DNA of 64,000 nucleotides. Origin: a phage. The translations under genes and the position numbers were made by a program. The DNA lies in sequence record PZ445431.1. One strand, 5' to 3'. The notes under the pieces were generated by a model. It did not search any database, was not told the origin of the DNA, and worked only from the letters and a program-made list of their open reading frames with translations. Positions within the stretch are counted from its first letter, which is position 1, and every line of letters starts with the position of its first letter. Shown here piece by piece: positions 33,980 through 42,847 of this stretch.

Positions 33980-34327
33980 ATGAGCTTTATTTTATTCAGT
34001 GTAGCAGCATGGTTTATTATTGGTTTAGGCTATGCTATTGCAGTTATTCGTCATCTGGATGAATATTCTGCTGAATGGTTTATTAAGTACCTACGTTTAG
34101 ACGATCGAGAACACGAGTTCGACAGTGCTGAGGAAAGACAGGCTGTCCAGTCAATGACTCCCAAAGAATGCTTGCTTTACATGCGTGTAATTGGTTTCTT
34201 TGGACTGTTGGTAGTGGGGCCGCTAGGTCTTACTATTGCTCCCTACAAAGAAGTTGTTGACGACATTAAACTATGGAGAACCGCTGGATCGCTACGTCGT
34301 GCTAGAGAATTAAGTAAACAAGAGTGA
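33980..34327 (+). CDS. hypothetical membrane protein (about 115 aa)
   Basis: Start at ATG 33980 after CTGGAGA; two predicted TM segments. Confidence 0.5.
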   Translation: MSFILFSVAAWFIIGLGYAIAVIRHLDEYSAEWFIKYLRLDDREHEFDSAEERQAVQSMTPKECLLYMRVIGFFGLLVVGPLGLTIAPYKEVVDDIKLWRTAGSLRRARELSKQE

Positions 34328-34361
34328 TGATAATCACCTCCTAGCAAGAATAATAATGACA

Positions 34362-34396
34362 AAGCCCAGCCTGCAATTTTGCGACTGGGCTATTTT
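34362..34396 (+). terminator. rho-independent terminator
   Basis: AGCCCAG ... CTGGGCT stem followed by ATTTTTG. Confidence 0.65.
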
Positions 34397-34412
34397 TGTA
34401 ATAAAATTTCAG

Positions 34413-34441
34413 TTGCTCAGATGCCACAAGTATTGTATAAT
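34413..34441 (+). promoter_or_regulatory. T5-type early promoter
   Basis: TTGCTC 34413-34418, TATAAT 34436-34441. Confidence 0.65.
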
Positions 34442-34472
34442 ATGTTTATAGATTGAGGCAAAAGGATAATTT

Positions 34473-35171
34473 ATGAGAATCATTTCAAAGTTCAATGATG
34501 TATACGATTTGCAGAATAGTTTATTTGATCCAGATCGTGTCTGGGAGCGTAAAACTGAAGAGCTGCGAGTAAAAGTAACTGACGATGTAGAAAAGAATAT
34601 CGTTCATAATCGTCAGGTGTTTCGTGAGGGTTCCTTATCCTTCCGTGGTGACTTCGAATACTCAGTAAATCCACTGTTTATTGCAGGCGAAGTTTACTGG
34701 TTACATGAACTGTCCTGCTGGCATCCAGCATTCAGTTTCAAAACGTTCAACATCGATGCTGTGTTCGATAAAATGGAAGAAATGGGATTACATGCCCGTT
34801 CTTACTTACTAGATAAGAATCGTGGTGATGTTCGTGAAACCATGCGAGATATGTTGGTTGAAGCAAAACCTAAAGCAGAACGTATCTTATCTGAACTGCG
34901 CGTACCAATTGCATATGTGAAAGGTATTAAGAAGAACGATAACGATGATGTTCGTAACTTCGTAATTCAGACAAACATTCGTTTCCATCAGTCAGGTATT
35001 CCGTGGCAGGAAATTGAAAGTAACTTATACCGTTTACACCAAGTTCTCGAACAGTATATCTTCGGTGTACTAGGAACTGGTGAGCCTGATATGATTACCG
35101 TATCAGATAAAGACAGGTTAGCAGCACATGGATTTGATACAAAAACTTCTTTCAGGAATATGGCAAGGTAA
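34473..35171 (+). CDS. hypothetical protein (232 aa)
   Basis: ATG after AAAAGGATAA and consensus promoter; no motif recognised. Confidence 0.6.
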   Translation: MRIISKFNDVYDLQNSLFDPDRVWERKTEELRVKVTDDVEKNIVHNRQVFREGSLSFRGDFEYSVNPLFIAGEVYWLHELSCWHPAFSFKTFNIDAVFDKMEEMGLHARSYLLDKNRGDVRETMRDMLVEAKPKAERILSELRVPIAYVKGIKKNDNDDVRNFVIQTNIRFHQSGIPWQEIESNLYRLHQVLEQYIFGVLGTGEPDMITVSDKDRLAAHGFDTKTSFRNMAR

Positions 35172-35577
35172 GTGGTATATCCTGGGAGCTGGTCTTGCGA
35201 TAGGTATCGGATTCGGTGCTTATCACTTAGTTAATAAGGTTGAGACTCTAGCAGGTGATCTTGCAGTTGCGACTAAAAAGATCTCCACTCTAGAGACTTC
35301 TCTTAATAAAGTGAAAACTGAGAGTGAACTTCGTGAGACTCGAATGAACCAGTATTTCACAATGAATAATATTTCGCAAGCAGATCTAGACAAAAAGATT
35401 AAGCAGTTAGATAAAGCTCTTAGTCGTCAAGATGTTATCGCTGCAAAGCCTGGATTGGTAACATTAATTGCTAAAAAGCAGAATAAAGAGTTCGAGGAAA
35501 GATTAGCGTGTTTAACTGGAAACTTGGAGTACTGCTCGCAGCCGCAATCACAATCACAGGCTGTGCAGAAGAAATAA
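35128..35577 (+). CDS. membrane-anchored coiled-coil protein, i-spanin-like
   Basis: N-terminal TM helix (WYILGAGLAIGIGFGAYHLV) then coiled coil; 3' end overlapped by a lipoprotein gene in another frame. Confidence 0.4.
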   Translation: MDLIQKLLSGIWQGKWYILGAGLAIGIGFGAYHLVNKVETLAGDLAVATKKISTLETSLNKVKTESELRETRMNQYFTMNNISQADLDKKIKQLDKALSRQDVIAAKPGLVTLIAKKQNKEFEERLACLTGNLEYCSQPQSQSQAVQKK

Positions 35578-35861
35578 AACCGGAGCCATCCCATGAGTTA
35601 AAGCAAGCTCATATAGATTGGCCTAAAGGACTTCAGCCGTGTAGCTTTGATTTCAAATTCGAAAAGAAATTAGCTACAAATGGTGAAGATGGCGTAGTAG
35701 TTGTTGTACCTTACAAAGATTGGAATGCAAAAGCAAAATGCGAGGAAGCAGTTTACTCTTACATTTCACGACTGACCGGTATGGTTTGCTTCTATCGTCA
35801 AGATTTACAAGAAAAACGTTGCTTAGTTTATTATCCACCCATTACAAATAGGAAAGATTAA
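35508..35861 (+). CDS. lipoprotein, o-spanin-like (embedded/overlapping arrangement)
   Basis: Signal peptide with lipobox LAAAITITGC; overlaps 3' end of preceding membrane protein. Confidence 0.4.
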   Translation: MFNWKLGVLLAAAITITGCAEEIKPEPSHELKQAHIDWPKGLQPCSFDFKFEKKLATNGEDGVVVVVPYKDWNAKAKCEEAVYSYISRLTGMVCFYRQDLQEKRCLVYYPPITNRKD

Positions 35862-36613
35862 TGTCAGTATTAGTCGGTTTACACGGTGAGGCTGGTGCGG
35901 GAAAAGATACCGTTGCAGAATTAATGATTGACTGGTGTAATGACACGTTCCCAACGTGTTTATCCCGTCGTTACAGTTTTGCTAAACCCGTTTACGAACT
36001 TGCATCCGTAATCCTCGGGGTAACTCCAGAGTTTCTGGGAGAGCGCAGGGGGAAAGAGATTGACCAATGGTTTACAGTCACACAATCTCAATTGGAGCGA
36101 GCTAGAGACATATGGTTTAAGTATGGTATCGATAAGTTTGAGGACTTCTCGTACGTTTGGCCTATTTTTGAAGGAAAATACCTTGATCCTCAGCAGTTAA
36201 TTGGGCAAGCTGATGATGCGCTGTATAGCGTGTTTATCTCCCCAAGAAAAATGCTACAGCTTGTAGGTACTGAGTTAGGAAGGCAGCTGGTGCATGAACG
36301 CATTTGGCTCATAATTCTGGAGCAATCCATCGATAAAGACGACCCAGACGTCGCAATCGTTACCGATGTGCGTTTTCCCAATGAGGGAGAGCTAATCATG
36401 GAAACCAATACTCTAGATATGGATTCCATACTTATTAAGGTTGAATCTGGTATTACTAATAAGTATCGCATCGAGACAGATCATCCGTCTGAAAGCGGTA
36501 TTCCTGAAAAATACATTTCTCATAAATTTGAGAATACCTTCAACGGACTTGATGCACTTCGTACCGATGTGTACCACTTCTGTGACTTAGAGCTAGAACC
36601 ACTAGTTGGATAA
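35861..36613 (+). CDS. dnk: deoxynucleoside monophosphate kinase
   Basis: P-loop GLHGEAGAGKDT at N-terminus, 250 aa, matching T5 dNMP kinase size and layout. Confidence 0.7.
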   Translation: MSVLVGLHGEAGAGKDTVAELMIDWCNDTFPTCLSRRYSFAKPVYELASVILGVTPEFLGERRGKEIDQWFTVTQSQLERARDIWFKYGIDKFEDFSYVWPIFEGKYLDPQQLIGQADDALYSVFISPRKMLQLVGTELGRQLVHERIWLIILEQSIDKDDPDVAIVTDVRFPNEGELIMETNTLDMDSILIKVESGITNKYRIETDHPSESGIPEKYISHKFENTFNGLDALRTDVYHFCDLELEPLVG

Positions 36614-36625
36614 TTAAGGATCACT

Positions 36626-37225
36626 ATGACTAACAAGAAAGAAGAAAAGACTAACCTGTTTCACACTGTTCGCCAATCTAATGAGTATACCTTTTTCTTT
36701 GACGAAGAGTTAGGCTCACCGGATGAGTATCGTGATCTATCAATGATACTGATGCAGGCTGGTGAAGATGATGAAATTAATCTGATGATTAATGGGCCTG
36801 GTGGTTACGTTGATACTGCTGCACAGCTATCTAACCTAATAGCTAACTGTCGTGGAACGGTTATTGGGCACCTGCTCGGTCCTAGTGCTTCTGCTTACTG
36901 CACAATCTTCCTATCTTGCCACGGTTGGGTTGTACATCCACATGCTACGCTTATGGGACATACGTTCTCTGGCGGATTCTGCGAGAAAGGTCAAGAAATC
37001 AAGAAAGCCTATGAATCCTACAACCAGTTTGTAGAAGATATGATGCTAGATATTTACTTTCCGTTCTTCTCTGTCGACGAAATCGAGGACATGGTAAAAG
37101 AGAATAAGAATATCTATCTCAACAGCAAAGAAATCAATAAGCGTATTGAAATTTTGGCGAATTATCGTAAAGAGCAGTGTAGTAAAGCTCAAGCCCCACA
37201 TCCAGAAGAACATGGAGAAGTGTAA
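36626..37225 (+). CDS. ClpP-like serine peptidase (S14 family-like)
   Basis: INLMINGPGGYVDTA (ClpP INSPGGVITAG), GPSASAYCTIFL (GQAASMG) and LMGHTFSGG (MIHQPLGG) blocks collinear with ClpP. Confidence 0.55.
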   Translation: MTNKKEEKTNLFHTVRQSNEYTFFFDEELGSPDEYRDLSMILMQAGEDDEINLMINGPGGYVDTAAQLSNLIANCRGTVIGHLLGPSASAYCTIFLSCHGWVVHPHATLMGHTFSGGFCEKGQEIKKAYESYNQFVEDMMLDIYFPFFSVDEIEDMVKENKNIYLNSKEINKRIEILANYRKEQCSKAQAPHPEEHGEV

Positions 37226-37233
37226 GTAGTTTT

Positions 37234-37267
37234 AAGCCAGAGTTTAACGACTCTGGCTTTTCTTTTG
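37234..37267 (+). terminator. rho-independent terminator
   Basis: AAGCCAGAG ... CTCTGGCTT stem followed by TTCTTTTG. Confidence 0.7.
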
Positions 37268-37327
37268 CCTAAAATTCTTCTTGACAACGACAAAAAATTG
37301 TGCTCCAGAAGTGATCTTAAAAAACAC

Positions 37328-37357
37328 ATTGTAATTTTACTCTAGAATTAGTATAAT
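37328..37357 (+). promoter_or_regulatory. candidate promoter upstream of holin (TTGTAA-N18-TATAAT)
   Basis: -10 TATAAT at 37352-37357. Confidence 0.4.
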
Positions 37358-37381
37358 GGTAGTGGTTAGAGGAGGTTACAA

Positions 37382-38038
37382 GTGGAAAAGTTTATACAAC
37401 TATTAACGATACTGCTACAAGAAGCGAAAGATCCAGCTTCACTACTAAAACGTCTGCTAACTATCTTAGTTGCTGTCATTATTTTCTTGTTTGTAAGTAA
37501 CACTAGCGAGGTGATGTCATTTTTAAAGACTTTCTCCACGTCTTCGGTTTTACAGGATGTTCAAACCCAAAGGATAGATAACTTTCCTAATGTAGCACGA
37601 GAAAAGAGTATGGTTCTTTTCTCCCAGACTGGTGCGGATGCCGTTTTTGTAGTAAAGTATAAACCAGATGCTATAAATGATTATTCAAACATTATTGCAT
37701 GGGAAAGCAATGCGCAATTGGATAGGGCTGACTTGGCCGATAAAGCAGTAAATAAGACGTCTGAACTTTATAGACGTCACCTGGAAGGCTTTAACTACGC
37801 TGCGGATTTAAGTGTAAAAGTAAATAAATATACGGGGTCAAATATACCAGCGTTTAAGAACATTACTTTTAATTACGTCTACACTTGTCCATATTTCAAC
37901 CTAAATAATATCTATGCTGGATACATAGGTATTGCATGGAAGGATAAACCCGTAGATACAGCTGATTCGGAACAATTTAATGAGTACTTAGCAAAGCTCT
38001 GTTCCCCACAACGGAGATCATTAGGTAGATCTATATGA
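37382..38038 (+). CDS. holin (T5-type, large)
   Basis: GTG start after AGAGGAGG; N-terminal TM helix; immediately upstream of and overlapping the endolysin gene. Confidence 0.6.
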   Translation: MEKFIQLLTILLQEAKDPASLLKRLLTILVAVIIFLFVSNTSEVMSFLKTFSTSSVLQDVQTQRIDNFPNVAREKSMVLFSQTGADAVFVVKYKPDAINDYSNIIAWESNAQLDRADLADKAVNKTSELYRRHLEGFNYAADLSVKVNKYTGSNIPAFKNITFNYVYTCPYFNLNNIYAGYIGIAWKDKPVDTADSEQFNEYLAKLCSPQRRSLGRSI

Positions 38039-38448
38039 GTTTTAAATTTGGTAAAAATAGCGAAAAACAATTAGCAACTGTTAAGCCCGAGCTACAGAAG
38101 GTAGCTCGTAGGGCTTTAGAATTATCTCCATATGATTTCATAATCGTACAGGGTATTCGTACAGTAGCACAAAGTGCCCAAAACATTGCTAATGGTACTT
38201 CATTTTTGAAAGACCCTAGCAAGAGTAAGCATGTAACTGGAGACGCTATCGATTTTGCACCATATATTAATGGAAAGATTGATTGGAAAGATCTGGAAGC
38301 ATTTTGGGCTGTTAAGAAGGCTTTTGAACAAGCCGGTAAGGAACTTGGTGTCAAACTTCGTTTTGGTGCCGACTGGAATAGTTCTGGTGATTATCATGAT
38401 GAGATCGATCGTGGTACTTACGACGGTGGTCACGTAGAATTAGTCTGA
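38035..38448 (+). CDS. lys: endolysin, L-alanyl-D-glutamate peptidase (M15 family)
   Basis: 137 aa with SKHVTGDAIDF and DGGHVEL zinc-binding motifs; size and motifs match T5 endolysin. Confidence 0.85.
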   Translation: MSFKFGKNSEKQLATVKPELQKVARRALELSPYDFIIVQGIRTVAQSAQNIANGTSFLKDPSKSKHVTGDAIDFAPYINGKIDWKDLEAFWAVKKAFEQAGKELGVKLRFGADWNSSGDYHDEIDRGTYDGGHVELV

Positions 38449-38458
38449 TAATAAATCA

Positions 38459-38482
38459 AGGCGGGGTAATTCCCGCCTTTTA
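38459..38482 (+). terminator. rho-independent terminator
   Basis: GGCGGG-GTAATT-CCCGCC followed by TTTT. Confidence 0.7.
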
Positions 38483-38523
38483 AAGCAAAGGGGGCTTTAA
38501 AAACTTAATGATAGGAGAAAGCC

Positions 38524-38940
38524 ATGTTTGCAGAACTATTCACCATGATATTACTAGGAATATGGAAAATAAGCCTAGTAATTTTCATCTTAATGATAAT
38601 TCTCACTGTTGTCGCACTAGTTACCCAAAATGATACATTAAAGAAAGTCGTTCATGGGCTAGAGTATATAATTATGGGCACATTCGGCGTTTGCAAATGC
38701 AACTGTCAGAGGAATACGAAATATTGTTGGCTTTGGATGGAGTTAGAGAACTGCATCACAGTAGCCCTGGCTGTCTCATTCGGTATGATTCTTATGGCCC
38801 TAACTCTAGCATTGATACCACTAATGTTAGCTGGGGGAGTCACGGCTTATTTCACCCTTTTCTCCCCTATACTTATGTATTCAATATATCCAATAACTAT
38901 GTACTTAGTTAGGAAGAGATTCCCACATCAAGCACACTAA
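38524..38940 (+). CDS. hypothetical polytopic membrane protein (138 aa)
   Basis: Several hydrophobic helices and a CKCNC cluster. Confidence 0.5.
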   Translation: MFAELFTMILLGIWKISLVIFILMIILTVVALVTQNDTLKKVVHGLEYIIMGTFGVCKCNCQRNTKYCWLWMELENCITVALAVSFGMILMALTLALIPLMLAGGVTAYFTLFSPILMYSIYPITMYLVRKRFPHQAH

Positions 38941-38953
38941 TATAAAAAAGTAG

Positions 38954-38982
38954 TTGACTTTCCGCTGAAATTTTTATATAAT
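38954..38982 (+). promoter_or_regulatory. early promoter (TTGACT-N17-TATAAT)
   Basis: -35 at 38954-38959, -10 at 38977-38982. Confidence 0.7.
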
Positions 38983-39015
38983 ATTTGTATAAATTGAATC
39001 AGAGGAGTTTCACAA

Positions 39016-39423
39016 ATGTCAGATCGTTACTATACTCAGATGGCTAACCATTACAATATGGCTCCGTATGAATTGAACATCGCATTACGTGACCTCGATT
39101 CACCAGAGCGTGCAAAACTTGAGAAAAAGGCGGGAATTCGTATGTCTAGCAAGGGCAAGAAACTTACTCGTATTGACTTAAATACCATGTTAATGGAAGA
39201 GCTTGGCGTGAATATTGAAGGTCAGAAGTTGCCTCTCAATGTTCTTGAAACGATGCTGGATAAAGTCAAAAAGAAAACCTATAAGAAAGTACAAGTACCG
39301 GAAGGCAGGCTAAAAGCCCCTTATCAGGCTGCTGTATCTGAGTGCTTAGGTGCTACCTTAGATCTTAGCACTGCAACTGTTAAAGTGATGCGTGCGTTTT
39401 TAGAGGCAGTTAATAAATTGTGA
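39016..39423 (+). CDS. hypothetical protein (135 aa)
   Basis: ATG after conserved leader. Confidence 0.55.
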   Translation: MSDRYYTQMANHYNMAPYELNIALRDLDSPERAKLEKKAGIRMSSKGKKLTRIDLNTMLMEELGVNIEGQKLPLNVLETMLDKVKKKTYKKVQVPEGRLKAPYQAAVSECLGATLDLSTATVKVMRAFLEAVNKL

Positions 39424-39947
39424 TTACCCAAGAAAGATTGAAGGAGCTTCTAGAGTACAATCCAGATACAGGGATATTTATATGGAAGAGCCGAAAGATA
39501 GATAGAAGTGGTTTTAACAAGCAATTCGCAGGAAAAGTTGCTGGCAATCCTCAAAATAACGGTTATATCAATATTACTGTTGATTCCGAAGTTCATGGGG
39601 CACATAGATTAGCTTTTCTTTACATGGAAGGCTATATGCCTGCAAGGGTAGACCACGAAAACATGGTTAGGTCTGATAACAAATGGCTTAACCTACGAGA
39701 AGCTACAGTCTCTCAAAATGGTGCTAATGCGTTAAAGTATTCTAACAATAGTTCTGGATATAAGAACGTATACTGGACAAAGAAAACGTGTAAATGGCAA
39801 GTACAGGTTATGAAAGATGGTAAATCCTACTCGGGAGGATACTTCACAAACCTCAAAGATGCTGTAGAAACTGCCAATGAGTTAAGATTTGAATTATTTG
39901 GGGAATTTGCCCTATATGAACCATTTAAAGGAGATAAACATGAGTAA
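39420..39947 (+). CDS. HNH homing endonuclease with AP2-type DNA-binding domain
   Basis: GTG start; ERLKELLEYNPDTGIFIW, VDHENMVRSDNKWLNLR, AP2-like SGYKNVYWTKK; paralogue of 6957, 28254, 41576. Confidence 0.8.
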   Translation: MITQERLKELLEYNPDTGIFIWKSRKIDRSGFNKQFAGKVAGNPQNNGYINITVDSEVHGAHRLAFLYMEGYMPARVDHENMVRSDNKWLNLREATVSQNGANALKYSNNSSGYKNVYWTKKTCKWQVQVMKDGKSYSGGYFTNLKDAVETANELRFELFGEFALYEPFKGDKHE

Positions 39948-40230
39948 ATTAGTATATCTATTAAAGGGATCTACCTGCAATCCGTGCAAAATGTTCGAGC
40001 CTGTATTCGATAAAGTAGTACAGGACTACAGTCTAGAAGTTCATAAAGAGACTGATAACACAGAACTTATGCAGAAATTTGGCGTTCGTCAGGTTCCTGT
40101 AGTAGTTCTAGCAGATCGTCTCCCTAATGGTCGTGTGGAAGCCAACCACATTCTGATTGGTCGTCAGCTTCGTAAAGAAACTATGCACGATGCAATCAAA
40201 AACTTCCTGGAAGATAATCCAGAAGATTAA
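39940..40230 (+). CDS. thioredoxin/glutaredoxin-like protein
   Basis: CNPC redox motif near N-terminus and thioredoxin-fold-like length (96 aa); start ATG 39940 after AAAGGAGA. Confidence 0.5.
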   Translation: MSKLVYLLKGSTCNPCKMFEPVFDKVVQDYSLEVHKETDNTELMQKFGVRQVPVVVLADRLPNGRVEANHILIGRQLRKETMHDAIKNFLEDNPED

Positions 40231-40238
40231 TAAATCCA

Positions 40239-40268
40239 ACCCAGATCTTAGCTGATCTGGGTTTTTTA
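40239..40268 (+). terminator. rho-independent terminator
   Basis: ACCCAGATC-TTAGCT-GATCTGGGT followed by TTTTTATT. Confidence 0.75.
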
Positions 40269-40272
40269 TTAC

Positions 40273-40301
40273 TTGCTTTCTGCTAAAAATTTTGATATAA
40301 T
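40273..40301 (+). promoter_or_regulatory. T5-type early promoter
   Basis: TTGCTT 40273-40278, TATAAT 40296-40301. Confidence 0.7.
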
Positions 40302-40332
40302 ATATTTATAAATTGATGAGAGGAGTATCACA

Positions 40333-40713
40333 TTGAATTACGCATATCTTATAATACATAACAACGTGGTCTGTGGTACTCGTGCTGTAGAAATGGGAAT
40401 CACAGAAGAAAAATATAAGTCACTACCTGAAAAAGAGCAAGAATATTACGTTGAGCAAGCTGCTTGGGAATATGCTGAAGTTTATCCCGAAGAACGTGAA
40501 GGTCGTGTTACTATTGTTGTTGCTCTGGGGCTGGTGGGCTGTGATACCGAAGTTGATACAGATCTAGAAACACTTGAAGAATGGGAAGAGCTGGATATTG
40601 CAGAGCAAAATGCTATTATCCGTGAATCTTTCTGGGAAGCAGTAGACTGTCACGTTGTCTTTGAGCCAAACGATACAGAAGCTGAAAAACATACTAATTG
40701 GATGACTCGATAA
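40333..40713 (+). CDS. hypothetical acidic protein (126 aa)
   Basis: TTG start after conserved leader GAGAGGAGTATCACA; alternative ATG at about 40393. Confidence 0.45.
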   Translation: MNYAYLIIHNNVVCGTRAVEMGITEEKYKSLPEKEQEYYVEQAAWEYAEVYPEEREGRVTIVVALGLVGCDTEVDTDLETLEEWEELDIAEQNAIIRESFWEAVDCHVVFEPNDTEAEKHTNWMTR

Positions 40714-41576
40714 TGAAAAAAGAATTTAACCTGCATGAAATGTTAGTAGTACCAGACGATGTTAACCTGTTCTTCGTAGGAGATATTCACGGCTGTAATG
40801 ATATGCTGGAAGATGCTCTTAAACTAGCAGGATATAAAGAAAAGCGTGACTATGTTGTCTGTGTTGGCGACTTAATTGACCGTGGCCCGCAGAACTTACA
40901 GGTTCTAGCCAAATTCTTATATAACCCACGTTTCCGTAGCGTTCGTGGCAACCATGATCAGTTTATGATTGCCGGGGATTATGCCAACTGGATGTATAAT
41001 GGTGGAATGTGGGCAATGAATGATCTGGATACCGATACAATTAAAGGTATCGCAGAAGATATGGCAGTTAAAATGCCAGTATTCATGACTGTACTCCATC
41101 GTGGCAAGAAATACGGTATTGTTCATGGTGGAATACCATTCCAGTATAAAGATGCGGGATTCGATGTACATACACCTAATTGGGACGATATTATTGATCA
41201 TATCGCTGCAAGTGAAAATGATCCTAATGATCATCCTAGTTATTACATTGAGCCATATCTATGGGATCGTGATGTAATTCAGGAAATTGGGTTCATCCTA
41301 GCACGTGGAGGAGCTACTCATGAGTACTTCAATCGTTATGCTAGCTTTAAGAATCAGTTAGTAGTTGAAGTACCTCCAGTTAAAGGTGTGGACTATGTAT
41401 TCCATGGGCACACAGGTGTACCATACCCAATCCTGTACCAGAACCGCGTATACCTAGATACTGGCGGTGTGTTCAACGGGAAGTTGACGGTTGCGCAAGT
41501 TAATGATGAAGCCGGTAAGATTATGACATTTACCACAGATAAAAATGATAGCTGTGGTGTACAGAGGATTCTGTAA
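40713..41576 (+). CDS. serine/threonine protein phosphatase (calcineurin-like metallophosphoesterase, lambda-PPase type)
   Basis: GDIHGC, GDLIDRG, GNHD motifs. Confidence 0.8.
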   Translation: MKKEFNLHEMLVVPDDVNLFFVGDIHGCNDMLEDALKLAGYKEKRDYVVCVGDLIDRGPQNLQVLAKFLYNPRFRSVRGNHDQFMIAGDYANWMYNGGMWAMNDLDTDTIKGIAEDMAVKMPVFMTVLHRGKKYGIVHGGIPFQYKDAGFDVHTPNWDDIIDHIAASENDPNDHPSYYIEPYLWDRDVIQEIGFILARGGATHEYFNRYASFKNQLVVEVPPVKGVDYVFHGHTGVPYPILYQNRVYLDTGGVFNGKLTVAQVNDEAGKIMTFTTDKNDSCGVQRIL

Positions 41577-42088
41577 TGGCCGGTATTTCTCAGGAATACC
41601 TGAAGAGTAGACTAACCTATAATCCTGAAACATGGGAGTTTCGGTGGAAGCCTAACCCAAATGCTAGTAAAACATGGAATACTAGGTTTGCTGGTAAAGA
41701 AGCAGGTACTCTAAATAAAACTACCGGATATATCAATTTAACAATTGATGGGGTTAAGCATGGTGCACATAGAATGGCTTTCTTATACATGGAGGGCTAT
41801 TTACCTACTAAAGTGGATCACAAAGATACAATAAGAACAAATAATGCTTGGAGTAACCTTAGGGCTGCTGATAATGCTCAGAATACTTGGAATGCTGGTA
41901 TGAAAAGCTCCAATACTTCAGGATTTAAAGGTGTTTACTTAGATAAGCGTATAAATAAATATGTAGGTAGAGTTCGCTTTAGAGACAAAAGGTTCTCTAC
42001 TAAATATTATGAAAATGCTGAGGATGCAGCTAAAGAGTTGGAAATCCTTAGAGAACAGTTACATAAAGAATTTGCGAGGAATGAATAA
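41576..42088 (+). CDS. HNH homing endonuclease with AP2-type DNA-binding domain
   Basis: Same family as 6957, 28254, 39420; KVDHKDTIRTNNAWSNLR HNH core and AP2-like SGFKGVYLDK. Confidence 0.8.
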   Translation: MAGISQEYLKSRLTYNPETWEFRWKPNPNASKTWNTRFAGKEAGTLNKTTGYINLTIDGVKHGAHRMAFLYMEGYLPTKVDHKDTIRTNNAWSNLRAADNAQNTWNAGMKSSNTSGFKGVYLDKRINKYVGRVRFRDKRFSTKYYENAEDAAKELEILREQLHKEFARNE

Positions 42089-42686
42089 TGCGTGTTAAAT
42101 TCTGGTCGGATTTGCACTTAGACCACCCTGGAACTCTTCGCTTCCGTCCGTGGTTTAAGAATATGAAAGAACATGATGAATATATCCTAGATACTTTGTC
42201 CAAGCACATTGGCAAGCGTACTAAGCTCGTCTTGCTAGGGGATATTGCCGTGGGGCGTGAAGGGTTGGCTAAATTAAAGTCGGTTATCCACAATGTGCCT
42301 AACCAGTTAATCATGGGCAACCACGATGCTGAACGTCAGGGTCTGCATATTAAAGATCTTGTAGACGTTTATGATGATATTCAGGCTCTAGGTAAGCAAA
42401 CAGGTGGTGGCAAGAAGTTTTGGCTGTCACACTGTCACACTGTCCATTGCACGAAGCAGAACTTCGTGGTAAGCTAAACATTCACGGACATGTGCACACC
42501 AATTCTGTGCGCGACCCACGTTATATCAACATCTCTTTTGAGATGAGTAAGACTCCTATTCCTCTAGAAGATATTGTATCTGGCAAGTTCACAAGCTATG
42601 ATAGAGTAGTTAACTGCACTACTGGTGAAGTACTCCAAATCGATGAAGATGTGGCAGCAGTATTGAGGGGAGATATCAATGTTTGA
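42088..42686 (+). pseudogene. calcineurin-like metallophosphoesterase interrupted by a frameshift (8 bp tandem duplication)
   Basis: ORFs 42088..42477 (DLHLDH, GDIAVG, GNHD) and 42420..42686 (HGHVH) are two halves of one phosphoesterase; frames switch at CTGTCACA CTGTCACA (42424-42439); removing one copy restores ...FWLSHCPLHEAELRG... Confidence 0.65.
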
Positions 42687-42780
42687 TTTTGATGGTATGG
42701 CTCGTGAGATATTTATAGCAATAGGGGTAGTAGTTCTTATCTCTTTCTTTACGGGCCTAGGCTTAGGCCTTTTATTTTAA
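42679..42780 (+). CDS. possible small hydrophobic peptide (33 aa)
   Basis: ATG overlapping upstream stop (ATGTTTGA); single TM. Confidence 0.3.
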   Translation: MFDFDGMAREIFIAIGVVVLISFFTGLGLGLLF

Positions 42781-42788
42781 AACTTCAT

Positions 42789-42817
42789 TTGCTAAAATGC
42801 TTAGTTTTCTGTATAAT
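42789..42817 (+). promoter_or_regulatory. T5-type early promoter
   Basis: TTGCTA 42789-42794, TATAAT 42812-42817. Confidence 0.7.
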
Positions 42818-42847
42818 TACTTTATAAATTGATGAGAAGGAATCAAA

